Positions 25,701-36,373 of a stretch of 64,000 bases of DNA are shown here, in pieces. Positions within the stretch are counted from its first letter, which is position 1. Each line of letters begins with the position of its first letter. The stretch lies in assembly GCA_965235115.1 (NCBI GenBank), contig OZ249449.1, positions 7,502,001 to 7,566,000 on the forward strand, in the 5' to 3' direction. The notes below the pieces were generated by a model that saw only the letters and a list, made by a program, of their open reading frames with translations, was not told the DNA's origin and ran no database searches. Both the position numbers and the translations under genes were made by a program. Source of the stretch: Laetmonice hystrix. Lineage: Eukaryota.

Positions 25701-26292
25701 CACTTAAGTAAAATGGACTTATAATGTTGAGGAATACGGGATGCTATGCATTAACATCAAAATGGAACAAATTACTTTTTCCGATTTAGACATTTAAAAA
25801 GAGGTAGTAGTCATGAAAGTGAAAATCCCGATTGGTTGGATGTTCTCACCTCCAAGGACCTTAGGAATGCCCTCGTATACAATGACCCTAATCGATGCCA
25901 TGCCCATATTTAAGCTTTAGAAAGTGTCACCACAGGTCTATATCACCTTAACTGGTGTCTGTCTTTATTTATAGCTGAGGTGACCGAAACTACCACAGAG
26001 AAACAAGGCAACAGTAAGAACGTCCTTTCTTACACACCCAAATAATGAAGTTATGCAATTAATCTAGAGCCCTTTCTAGAGAAAAGAAAAGCGTATTTTC
26101 CGTATGAAGTCTCATATCATTATGTAAACAAAGACGATTCTCGTGGGGCTGACGGTGATTGACAGTAATGATAAATGTAATGACCTTTCAGATCGAGGAG
26201 CGTCAGCTACAGGCGTCACCTTCAGCAGACTCTTTGCTGTGCTGGTCGTCGCTGTCGTCAATGACGCCCGTTACCGCCTTCCGACGCTATAA
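17177..26292 (+). CDS. Multi-CTLD C-type lectin, copy 2 (tandem paralogue, same 18-exon layout; start of exon 2 lies in an N gap)
   Basis: Exons 17177-17225, <18127-18295, 18541-18599, 18995-19089, 19492-19635, 19974-20105, 21069-21217, 21821-21920, 22007-22257, 22583-22754, 22925-23006, 23252-23427, 23691-23870, 24197-24347, 24512-24633, 25393-25572, 25975-26013, 26192-26292. Intron phases match copy 1; no stop in the modelled splice path; ends NRGASATGVTFSRLFAVLVVAVVNDARYRLPTL*. Confidence 0.88.
17808..18126. other. Assembly gap (319 N) at the position equivalent to the CT tract of copy 1
   Basis: Run of N; flanks are homologous to 5520-5600 and to exon 2 of copy 1. Confidence 0.95.
20741..21079 (+). 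repeat. 60-bp tandem repeat (~5.5 units) spanning the intron 6/exon 7 junction of lectin 2
   Basis: TGTATGTGTGTCAGTAATTTAACTGTAAGACACTTGTGTAATTGTTGACAGCGGTCGTAC repeated with period 60; one unit is internally deleted. Confidence 0.95.
21371..21482. mobile_element. Partial copy of the palindromic MITE family
   Basis: GGCCCAGTAAAAAAATTCTCAGCTTGAGTAAAGC...GATTGGCTGGCCTAAGTAGACCAGCCAATCAG. Confidence 0.65.
21494..21766. repeat. 19-bp minisatellite (~14 units)
   Basis: GGTGGTTATGGTT(C/A)GATTT. Confidence 0.95.
24120..24196 (+). repeat. (TCGTGTTGTAG)7 forming the exon 14 acceptor of lectin 2
   Basis: Seven perfect 11-bp units, each ending in TAG; the exon resumes at 24197. Confidence 0.97.
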
Positions 26293-27928
26293 TCGCGGAG
26301 AGAAACATTTACATTGCTCAAAGAACGCCCTCTGGGGGTCATTAAAGCTAACTAACGGGGGGATAATTGTATATATATATGTCTATGTGCATGGACCAAA
26401 AGGTGGTGACTGGGTTATTCACCAACATTGGACAGTCTTAGTTGCCAAATATGCCACTGGGCTTCATGTTTTAGTAAAGCACTTTTTAAAGCGTTGGACT
26501 TCTTGGCTCCACAGATGGCTAGTCAATCAGAATCCTGCAATGGCAAGCCGGAATGTACCAAGCGAAATGTAAGATAACAATATTTGGGAAGCCAGTTCCA
26601 AGCCTTGCTGCAGCCGAGGTTGGAAGGAGAGGCTTTGATATGAAAACTATTTAATAAAGTAAAGGCTACGACTGACTCGTCTCATCAGATAAATAAATCA
26701 GTTCAGAGTTCGTTATATTGTAAATTGATAGTTTACATAATACAACCGACAATATTTGTTTTGTGAATAGAAAAGACATATTTTCATTGAGCACGTGCTT
26801 TAATCCCTGACTTTGCACTCACAGAAAACTCGCATGCGTTTAAATATGTTTAAAAATACTGTCTTGATAGCTGTTTTGATAGGTATAGTCACACGCGGTA
26901 ATAACCTCGGATATCGTATGGTATGATTGGGAAAATGTTATTATTACTAGAAACTTTCTGTAATAAAAAAATCATGTCAGCTTTCCCTCCCTAGAGGGGT
27001 CAACAATCGGGGTTCTTTCAGTCCTGTAAATTATGAGAATGCCATCCAGGAGCGTATCGAGGGGGCGTGGTGCCGAGAGCATCCTTCTGCCCTGGGAATA
27101 ACATCATAAGGTGGGCAATTACTCTTCACTCTAACATGGTCTAATCTTTGTTACATTGGAAATCTTCTGAATTCTTCCTCCTGAATAATCGTGGCGTGGC
27201 AATAATCAAGAGGCTTAAAGCTGTTACATTACAACACAACGCTTCGGAAGCTGGTTTCGAAAGCCCATGGGCACACTGCCCTCTACTGGCAAACTGTTAA
27301 ACCTACCCTGATTGTCAATCAGTGGTTTGGTGGGAACTAGGTCTGGATCAGCATGGTCTAGCGTCGCCTCACTAGATCTGGGTATTGTTCCGTTTTCCTC
27401 TGTGCCGTTCTCAGTATAGTTGTTCCAGGTGTCGGAATCGTGTTTCCCAATCTGCGCAGGGTCTTCTATCTCTTGTCCGCCAGGATGTAAGCAAGGCCAA
27501 TTCAACTTTAGGCTATCGGTTGGATTGCTCTGTTTAGGTGGACCTCTGGGCCTATACTCTGACGGGGAGAGCCTTGCCGTGAGTTCGTCCTGTGCATACA
27601 ACGCCAAACTCCTCATATGGTCTGAGAGAACTGTCAGCACCTTTTCGTTTCCTCTCACACGAGCGACTTCTTCAGGACGCAGCCCGCATGAATCACGTGA
27701 CGTGACGTCAGCGCCACGGTTGACGAGCGTCCGCACCGCGGCCGGTTTGTTTTGTCCGCACGCCAAATGTAGCGCTGTTTGTCCTTTGTCGTCTGTGGCG
27801 TTGACGTCAGCAGCGTTCACGATCAACGCCTTCAGGAGATCGGAGTCGCCATTTGCTGCAGCTAAATGAAGTGGTGTTCTGCCTGCTTTGATCGGGGCGT
27901 TCACTGACGCACCCTTGGATATGAGATA

Positions 27929-30801
27929 TAGTAGAGTCATATTTTGGGGTTCCGTGACCATTCTTCTCCTACCTTTTTTTCTCAATTGATTTGACATTCT
28001 GAACCTTTTAGGAGAAAAATTAGCTCCTATGTACCTCTCAAAAATGACGGGAAAATTGTCTACAGCCCAAAATTCAAAATGGCCGCCAAAATGGCTGCCA
28101 ACACTTATAACCCAGTAACGAATTCAGCTAGGAGGTTGATTTCGGTGTCTAGACATAGGTTTTTGGGGTCAGGCTATCCAATGGTGCCATTGGTTTACTT
28201 GTAAAATAAGTCCATCGCATTGAAATCCAAGATGGCCGCCAATATGGCCGCCGATACATATATTGCCTTGTTTCTCGACAACTAATTCACCTAGAATGCT
28301 AATGTTGGTGTCAAAATAGGGGTTTTGGGGGTCAAGCTATCTATTCAGGCCAATAGCTGTCATTTAAAATGATTGTATAATCGAGAAATCCAAGATGGCG
28401 GCCAGCTGCCATTTATAACACAAGTTGAAGATACAGATTCGGGATTATCTAGTACTAATTTGGGACAAGTTGCAGCCTGTTTTACCCTTCATAAACGTGT
28501 TATAATCTATGTGGCAAATTAATTTTATGAGTCCTGGAAAATTCTCTCAAGTACTTGAAAATGTCTTGACAAGTACCGGCACTTGAAAATTGACGAGGAA
28601 CAAGACGTGTGACCCATAGTCCAGGACAGCCCACAATCAAGAAACGACTAGGCCCCCAATTAATATTATACATAGGGGTCATTCCATGTCAAATCGACCA
28701 GTGGCTCCCGGGTGACCATCTCCAATTTTTTTTCTTATTTGGCATGTAGTTAGATCTATATATCTGAAGTACATTTCTGAAATTTTTCTTCCAAATTCCC
28801 AACGGTTCCCATGTTATACCCCCATGAGTTTGGGTGGGGGTACCCCTGAAAAAAACACTTCTTTTTCTGAGCCGTTTTTAGAGGGCTGCCATTCAGAAAT
28901 TATAAGAGCTGGCAACTTGTATTTTTGCCCACTGAAACTTTAATATGTAGAGACCAGGAAAAAGTAATAACATTTTAATTCTTTGCTTATTCCTTGGAGC
29001 ACCATGCCCCCCAAAATAGAAAAAAACACATCAGAGAAAAAATAATTCAATATTCAAAAATTTTTCATGCAAAAGTTCCTTCTTGTAACTTCTTGATCTT
29101 TGGGGATTTGATTTATGGGTATATGAGGTGCATGCAAACACCAAAATAATCTTCTAAAAATAGACACAGGTGGCGCCACTAGTGGCCAAAGTTGGCCGAT
29201 TGCTAAATATGACCCATTTTGAGAGGCCATTTTGCCTATGTTGCCAAGGTGGAAGAGCATTGTGATATTTTTTCCTTGATAAAGCACATTTTGGACATTA
29301 AGATTTTTGTATTTAAATTAATTATTAAAGTAATTAATTAATTATGAATAAATTTATAATTTATTTTTATATTTTATTTTATATTATTATATTTTATGAT
29401 TTTAAGTTATTAAATCAATAATTAAATTAATTAATTAAATTAATTAATTAAAATAAATTTATTTATAATAAATTAATTAACTAATCAATTTAAAGACAAA
29501 AATCTACAAAAGACCAACAGTTTAGGATATTTACCACTTTCAAGAATTCTTTGGCAAATAATAAAAATTTTATGATATAAAAACAACGTACCTCATGTCC
29601 CGTCACAGCGTGAACTTTACTCAAAAGGATATTATTTGAAAAAATATTTGACAGAGAAGGAAGTATGGAAGGGATTAGGGACTTAGTTTTTGTTAATGGC
29701 AAAAATGTGCTTTATCAAGGAAAAAATATCCCAACGCTCTTCCACCTTGGCAACATAGGTAAAATGGCCTCTCAAAATGGGTCATATTTAGCGATCGGCC
29801 AACTTTGGCCACTAGTGGCGCCACCTGTGTCTATTTTTAGAAGATTATTTTGGTGTCTACATGCACCTCATATAGCCATAAATCAAATCCCCAAAGATCA
29901 AGAAGTTACAAGAAATAACCTTCGCATAAAAAATGTTTGAATATTGAATTTTTTTTTCTCCGATGTCCTTGATTCTGGAAAATCCATTACGTTGAACCCC
30001 TGACATTTCCAGGAAAGGATTTTCCTCTGGGGATTACCCACGTGTTTCCCTGAGTTGTCCCTGAGTTAACTCCGAGCAATGTATTTCCAAGCCACTTGAT
30101 CAGCAATGATATACAATATTCATAAAATGCCAGCGGTGTTGAAATATAGTGTATTCCAAGATGGCGGCCATATTGAATTTAGAGGCCAGGATGGTCTCAA
30201 AACTTTACAGTAATGATCCCAATGGATTTATCATGCCAGAAATAGCTAGAAATGACACCTCATTCGTCTTCCTAGCTCATTTTGCGCCAGATATGATGAA
30301 TTTCATTGCATCTGAAAATGGCAGCTGGCCGCCATCTTGGATTTCTCGATTATACAATCATTTTAAATGACAGCTATTGGCCTGAATAGATAGCTTGACC
30401 CCCAAAACCCCTATTTTGACACCAACATTAGCATTCTAGGTGAATTAGTTGTCGAGAAACAAGGCAATATATGTATCGGCGGCCATATTGGCGGCCATCT
30501 TGGATTTCAATGCGATGGACTTATTTTACAAGTAAACCAATGGCACCATTGGATAGCCTGACCCCAAAAACCTATGTCTAGACACCGAAATCAACCTCCT
30601 AGCTGAATTCGTTACTGAGTTATAAGTGTTGGCAGCCATTTTGGCGGCCATTTTGAATTTTGGGCTGTAGACAATTTTCCCGTCATTTTTGAGAGGTACA
30701 TAGGAGCTAATTTTTCTCCTAAAAGGTTCAGAATGTCAAATCAATTGAGAAAAAAAGGTAGGAGAAGAATGGTCACGGAACCCCAAAATATGACTCTACT
30801 A
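27929..30801. mobile_element. Non-autonomous long-TIR DNA transposon, Academ-like (TAG...CTA termini, 486-bp TIRs, 3-bp TSD ATA)
   Basis: 27929-28414 is the reverse complement of 30316-30801 (one mismatch seen by eye); ATA at 27926-27928 and 30802-30804; no transposase ORF. Superfamily assignment is inferred from termini, TIR length and TSD. Confidence 0.85.
29020..29965. repeat. Inner inverted repeat (~280-bp arms) around an extremely AT-rich spacer, nested in the transposon
   Basis: ~29020-29305 matches the reverse complement of ~29690-29965 (ORFs 29054-29287 - and 29665-29940 + are near-identical); 29310-29490 is almost pure A/T. Confidence 0.85.
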
Positions 30802-32631
30802 ATAGTCCGCTGTTTCCAAGTTTCCCTCACTACACGCCATGTGGAGTGGGCCTCTACCGTCACAGGCGGATGCGTTTACATTGGCTTCAAGAGAAACAAA
30901 ATATTTGACGGTTTCTAATGTCCCCAAGGCTGCAGCCCTGTGCAGAGGAGTGATCCCTTTACCATCACGAACGTTTATGTCAGCCCCTGCATGAATCAAC
31001 ATTTTTGCCGTTGTGATTCGTGGTAATATCGTAGCGTAGTGGAGAGGGGTCATGAGGTAAGAGTCTTGCACATTTACTTGAGCTCCATTTTTTATAAGAA
31101 CCCGAATGAGATCCGTGCGGCCTGGTATGGCTGCCAGGTGTAAAGGACAACGCCCTTCGCCGTCACAAAAATCAACATCAGCGCCACAAGTGAGAAGGAA
31201 CCGAACTACGTCAGTGGTACCCCCAATGACCGCTAGATGGAGTAACGAATTACCAAACTCTGTGGGTAAATGAGTGTGTGCCCAGTCGCATACCATGCTC
31301 TGGATATCCGGGTCAGATGAACGCTTGTGTGCCATCAACATATGAATCGGTGAACCTTTGTTATTTTTGGCTAACTGCATATCGGCTCCATGAGACAGAA
31401 TAATTCTTGCAGCCTTCATGCTGACGTCAGTTTCATTTAAAAAGGCATAGTGTAGTGGTGTGTTTCCTTCACAGTCACGCATGTTCACGTCCGCGCTCCG
31501 AGATATCATGAGATCTGAGAGTTTGTCCTTGTTCCAGTACACCGCCAGGTGGAGTGCAGTTCTTCCCTTTCTATCCTTTAAACCAAGGTTGGTTTTAGAA
31601 GCGAGGATGGCTGCTATCTCGCTGTGGCTTTCCCTTGGCTCATCCTGCAGATTCAAACAAGTGTGAAGGGCTGTTTTTCCGCCACCATCTTGAAGGTCAT
31701 AATTTGCCCCAGCGTCTAGAAGAACCTTGACCGCCTCAAGTCTTCCCTCCCTGGCGCTCAGATGGAGTGGAGTGTAGCCTTCGCTATCGCTCGCGTTGAC
31801 TTTCGCGCCATGTTCAATCAGGAGTGACGCGACATGACTGTGTCCAGCCAATGCAGCAGCGTGCAGTGGCGTCCGTCCCCGAATCGTTGCCATGGTGACC
31901 GTCATGTCGACCTCGGCGCCATGTTTTAACAGACACGTCACTGTCTCCTTGTGACCACTTCCGGCCGCCACGTACAGTGGCGACCTCCCGCGGTTGTCTT
32001 GTAAATTAACAAAACCAACGTTATCCACGACCACCATGGCAGACTGCAGATCGATCTACCTCTGACAAACAAACCTTCTGGATTTCACGGAGATGAAGAT
32101 TTCACGGAGTGTGATGTGTTTGTGGATGACTTCTACCTCCTCCAGAACAGCCTACGATAACTTTTAATCCCTGTGGTCTTCACTTTTGTAAGAACTCTAT
32201 AGGCCAACTCGTATCAGCGTCCGCAGGGTCTATCACCTACGGTGGTGACTACTGGAAGTATCCAACCTTTCGGCTGCTGCTTACAGGTCGCCTGGGGTAA
32301 ATGTTACCCCCCCCCCCCAACACCAGGCAGACCGGCCGGGCAGGCTAGCTTCGCCACTTCCGCCTTGGCCCCCTGCCAGAACTCCCCGCCCTCCCCGGGG
32401 CACTGGAAGAATTGGCGGAACCCTCTGGAAACCACTTGCTCAGCACTGCGCGGGCGTCTGGTGGTTCATTGCCAAGTCGGTTCGTCAAATGTCAAATTTA
32501 ATATAGTTCATATGGCTGATTCACCGTCTGTATACCAGGGTGGGTGCTCCTCGGTGGGTAGGGCGGGGTGATGGTGCATGGTGAGTAGTGGCGGCGAGGG
32601 AGGTGGGTTGGTCAGGGTTGATCCAGAAGGG

Positions 32632-34214
32632 TGTTCCGGCTATAGATATGTCCGAACAGCTAGTTATGTTCGACAGGAGATATGTCCGCAAACATGAGCT
32701 GGATGTGTCCGGAGAAATTGATATGTCCGCAAATATCAGCTAGATGTAAACTGCCTGTCTCGGTCAGCCTTGCCATATCCATTAATACAACGGTGAAACT
32801 CGAAGAAACAAACTGGAACATTTGTACAGTTAACGTCGTTTGGTGATAGGTCACATTATTTCGGCTCATTCAGCCCCTCCCAGGTCCTGATGAATGGGAG
32901 GCAAGAAAAATTGAGAATAACTAAAAAGTCAGGGATTGGTCTGACTCTTTAGGGTCCAAGTCCTAACGTTCGTATCTGGCGTCTGGAGACACACGATAGC
33001 CCATTGAGAGTCAACTGGTTTGGAACCTTGCCGCAGTTTGATCACACTGACGGGGTACGGGTTCTATTTCTAGAACCCTTTAGAAGAGTTGTCCACGGAT
33101 CTTCGAGTTACACCCTCACCTCTCCCTCGTGGACACCAACCGAGCCGAACTCTTCGTACTGTCAGGTTTTCAACAGCGTCTGTTTCCAGACTACGACCGA
33201 ACGTGGAGACCCGAGTCTCGCCTTTCCTAGACAGTTGTACAGTGTACTAATTGCTTTATATACACAACCTGTTGGTCGGGTACCACACAACAGGTGTGAC
33301 AGAACCAGCGCCGGGGTTGATCACGATATTAACAGTTACCCCATGTTTGCTTACGTAGTACGGAATATAACCTAGCCTTGGTTGGCCATACCACATGAGG
33401 GCGAAGCCCGAATGTGGTATGGCCAACCAAGGCTAGGTTATACTCCGTACTTCGTAAAAGCAAACATGGGGCAACGATTTTATCACAGTTCCAATCCTCA
33501 CATTATAGACGTGGTCATTGAATTCGGCAAAACGACTTTTGGAAGTTTTGCAGTCATTCGCTGCCATCGCGCTGTGTTTGCATAGATCTACGCCACCATG
33601 AAAACGAGGCACAGGGCGCTGCAGCCAAAACGGTAGGATAGAAAAATGACCTGTTTGACCGGCAGATGGCGCGACGACTACTACTATAGGATGGCCCATC
33701 CTACCCGTTTGGTGCGATGTCACCGAGTACGGCTTCATATCGCGTGGGCCTGGACCAATCAGAAAGCGGCATTGTTGCTGGAACTGTGATAATAAACTAT
33801 ATCTCAGCGAAATTACAAACCTAGGTAGTGCATGATGTAGGTAAACATTTAAGCATACTTTTAAAAATGCATTTTGTCTTAATTCTTAGCATTTGGTTTA
33901 GTGAAAATCAAAGAAACTTGTATACATTCAGGCAACAACCACCCATGCTACCGTGCTATAGACGAAGGTGACACCAAGCGTCAGTAGAGGTTATGCAGTG
34001 ACGTCATTTGGAAGGAAACCGCATGGTTATGTTTGTGTATGGGCATTGGCGGAGTCGGGTCACGGTTCATTGGCTTCTATTGTCCAGGGCCTATTTATAA
34101 ATGTACCCCGGTTTCTTGTCCCTCCAAAATACGTCACCTGCATAACCTCAATATCCACATTCTAGAGGATAATCCGGATATGTCCGCAAATATCAGCTAG
34201 ATGTGTCCGGTACC
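32632..34214. mobile_element. Second, inverted, end-truncated copy of the Ginger-like element, with ~460 bp extra sequence
   Basis: 32632-33327 and 33788-33983 align to the reverse complement of 63591-62702 (ORFs 33004-33375 + and 62803-63219 - are near-identical); extra segment 33328-33787 is bounded by GATA; the distal TIR is cut at ~34214. Confidence 0.8.
33335..33475. mobile_element. Hairpin MITE (~62-bp stem, GAGGGCGAAGCCCGA loop)
   Basis: GTTACCCCATGTTTGC...GGCCATACCACAT is followed by its near-perfect reverse complement. Confidence 0.75.
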
Positions 34215-35339
34215 GGGGGGGGGGGGGTTCACGTGCCCCAATCCCCCCGTTGGATCGGCCACTGGTTGGTCATTAGATTAGGAGTCCTATATAATCTCAT
34301 CACTCCTATGTAGGCCTACTGTTGGCGAATGATAGCCATCTTCAGGAGGGACTTGAACAGAGAGAGGCCGAGATCTTCCAAAGAAGATCCACCGAGGAGT
34401 GGACTTTCAGGCGTCTTGGCCGTTATGAGTCACCCCACATCGGTTTTCCATGAAAAGGCCTATCTATTTATAAATTATAGGCCTTGACTCCCTCTAGCCC
34501 TATGCTTTAGGCCTATATTTCGTGTCTCGGATATACCTCGGGGTTTCTGAATCCAAGCCCGCTGGGCAAACTGGTGTCAAAATTTGAAAGCTCTAGAATC
34601 TACCTTACGCATGAATAGGCCGGTCACGGTTGTATTTGCTTTTTCAGTTGCACATCTGGAAATTCTTAGGGGGGCCTATGCTGTGTTATAATGGCGTTGG
34701 CTGCTAACTCATACCGTAGGCCTGTGGCCTAAGGCCCTAGGCCTACATCTATTCAGGGAACACAAACAAATACATGATCTGTGTGGCTAAAGGCAATGCC
34801 CCAAAACAATCTGGCATAGACTATAGCCTATAGCACAACACAACGGCGGGTCCGGGGGGGGGGGGGCGCACAGGGGACACGTGCCCACACGGCTAGATCT
34901 AGATCTATAGCCTATTCATTTTTAATTAATTTTAACACTGACGGTGTACATCTCAGGGAACCTCCGGGCAATGTAGGCCTAGAGGGCCCTACCGCTAAAA
35001 CTCTCATTCAAGAAATTTGACATCATTAGCTAATAGATCTAGGCCTAATGCATTAAAAATCGTGAATTGCTTTCCTGTGCGCCCCCCCCCCCCCCCCGAG
35101 TACTCGCATCGACCACAGAGCCACCTGGTGAGGGGGCCGGGAACCAGCTCATTTCCCACCCAGCAGAAACGTTACCCGGCCCTCTCAAATTGCGGAATCT
35201 AGCCATATAGCGGTTATAATACAGGGGTAGAATGGGGACCCGCTAAATGTAGATTGGCACCACACCATCCGGGCAAGAAAGGAGAGCATTTTAATGCAGT
35301 TTTTGCCATTCCCTCAAGGGGGTATTCCCCGACCTACAT

Positions 35340-35434
35340 AATCTTAATGACGTCACCATATGGATTCTCCGCGCAGCGTTAATTTTCAATATGGCAACCG
35401 GCCGTGTTGTTTTTAAAGTCTTCGGAAGGTAGTA
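35340..35434 (+). promoter_or_regulatory. Likely CEP164 promoter and non-coding first exon
   Basis: TGACGTCA at ~35348, RFX half-site ATGGCAAC 35391-35398, donor AAG|GTAGT at 35428; matching acceptor TTTTCAG at 36313 upstream of the ATG. Confidence 0.5.
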
Positions 35435-36373
35435 TTGGAAAATATGGTGTTATGAAACGGATTACCACTTCGGTATTTGGAGCGGAGGTTTCTGAGAGGT
35501 TGGTGAATTTGGCATGACAACATCCAGGACAGAGCATGAGTTATAGGGCCCCCTAAACTCCGATAATGCAAATGCTGTTACACTTCATTTCGATGACAGG
35601 CGCTTAGCCTTAGCCTAGGCTTAGGCCTTGTGCTTCATTACGACTAGACTCCTCTATCATGCTTTACTCTATGGGGGTTTGTGACACTCGCTCAGACAAG
35701 GCTAAGACAAAGTTGTATTATTGTAAATGTTGAGAATGTTTCACTTGAGTTTTTATTGATAAATACGGACCCATAAATACTGGCATAGACTTGAAAATCA
35801 AAATGAACAGTCTATCTTTAGAACGTGATCATGTTCTGATAATAAATGGAGACTGTGCCTCAAGTGCTGAACGTGTTAGAGCATGTTTGACTGAGTGAGA
35901 GTGCCAAGTGCCCGTGGTATGCAAGGCTAAATAATTACAGAGAATGTGCTTGATTAGAGTTTGACCTTGGTCAGTTGTTGTAGAGGCACTCATAATGAAC
36001 GTCAGACTCTCGAATACAATGTTTGACATCGAGAGCCCCTGTCCCAAGAAACGCTACAATTGAGGAAAGAATTCCAGGCTCCAGCTGCTATCCAGTTCTT
36101 GTCAATGATCCATGTCCATGACCATGTACCCTGCTTGCCTGATTACCGACAATTAAGAACAAAATTTAATTAGAATATGTACCGATCTGAGAGAATGGGA
36201 CTATATAAAGTATATTATGGGACCTGGGACAAGAATATGTGCCCGGGACGTAGCACATGTTTTACCCCTGCTAGCAGAGCTACATTTCTGATTCCAGCAT
36301 GTTTGATTTTCAGGGTGTGTCGAGGAAGGAGGATCCTGTCGCTGATTGAGATTTAAAATAAAATCCTGTCAAG

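Larger units (their letters stand above)
27224..32037 (-). pseudogene. Intronless ankyrin-repeat gene (~15 ANK repeats plus low-complexity tail, 645 aa when rejoined) interrupted by a DNA transposon
   Basis: ORF 32037-30802 (412 aa, TPLH..A...G repeats, ends GNLETADY) and 27925-27224 (LISKGASVNA..., 233 aa) join in frame once 27929-30801 and one ATA copy are removed, restoring a complete repeat (GPLHMACSEGNLETADYLISKGASVN). Kozak GCCATGG at 32037; a CAG acceptor 6 nt upstream may indicate a 5' exon. Confidence 0.85.

Noticed and set aside
27929-30801. Transposon removed as an intron (introner-like) restoring the ankyrin ORF
   Set aside because: A weak GT exists near the minus-strand 5' end (TA|GTAGAG) but the element ends ...CTCTACTA with no suitably placed AG to restore the frame.
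29054-30918. ORFs inside the long-TIR element as a transposase
   Set aside because: Short, mirror images produced by inverted repeats, with no DDE or other catalytic motifs.
33004-33375. 123/138-aa ORF shared by both Ginger-like copies as an integrase
   Set aside because: No HHCC or DDE motif recognisable; similarity reflects recent copying of non-coding DNA.
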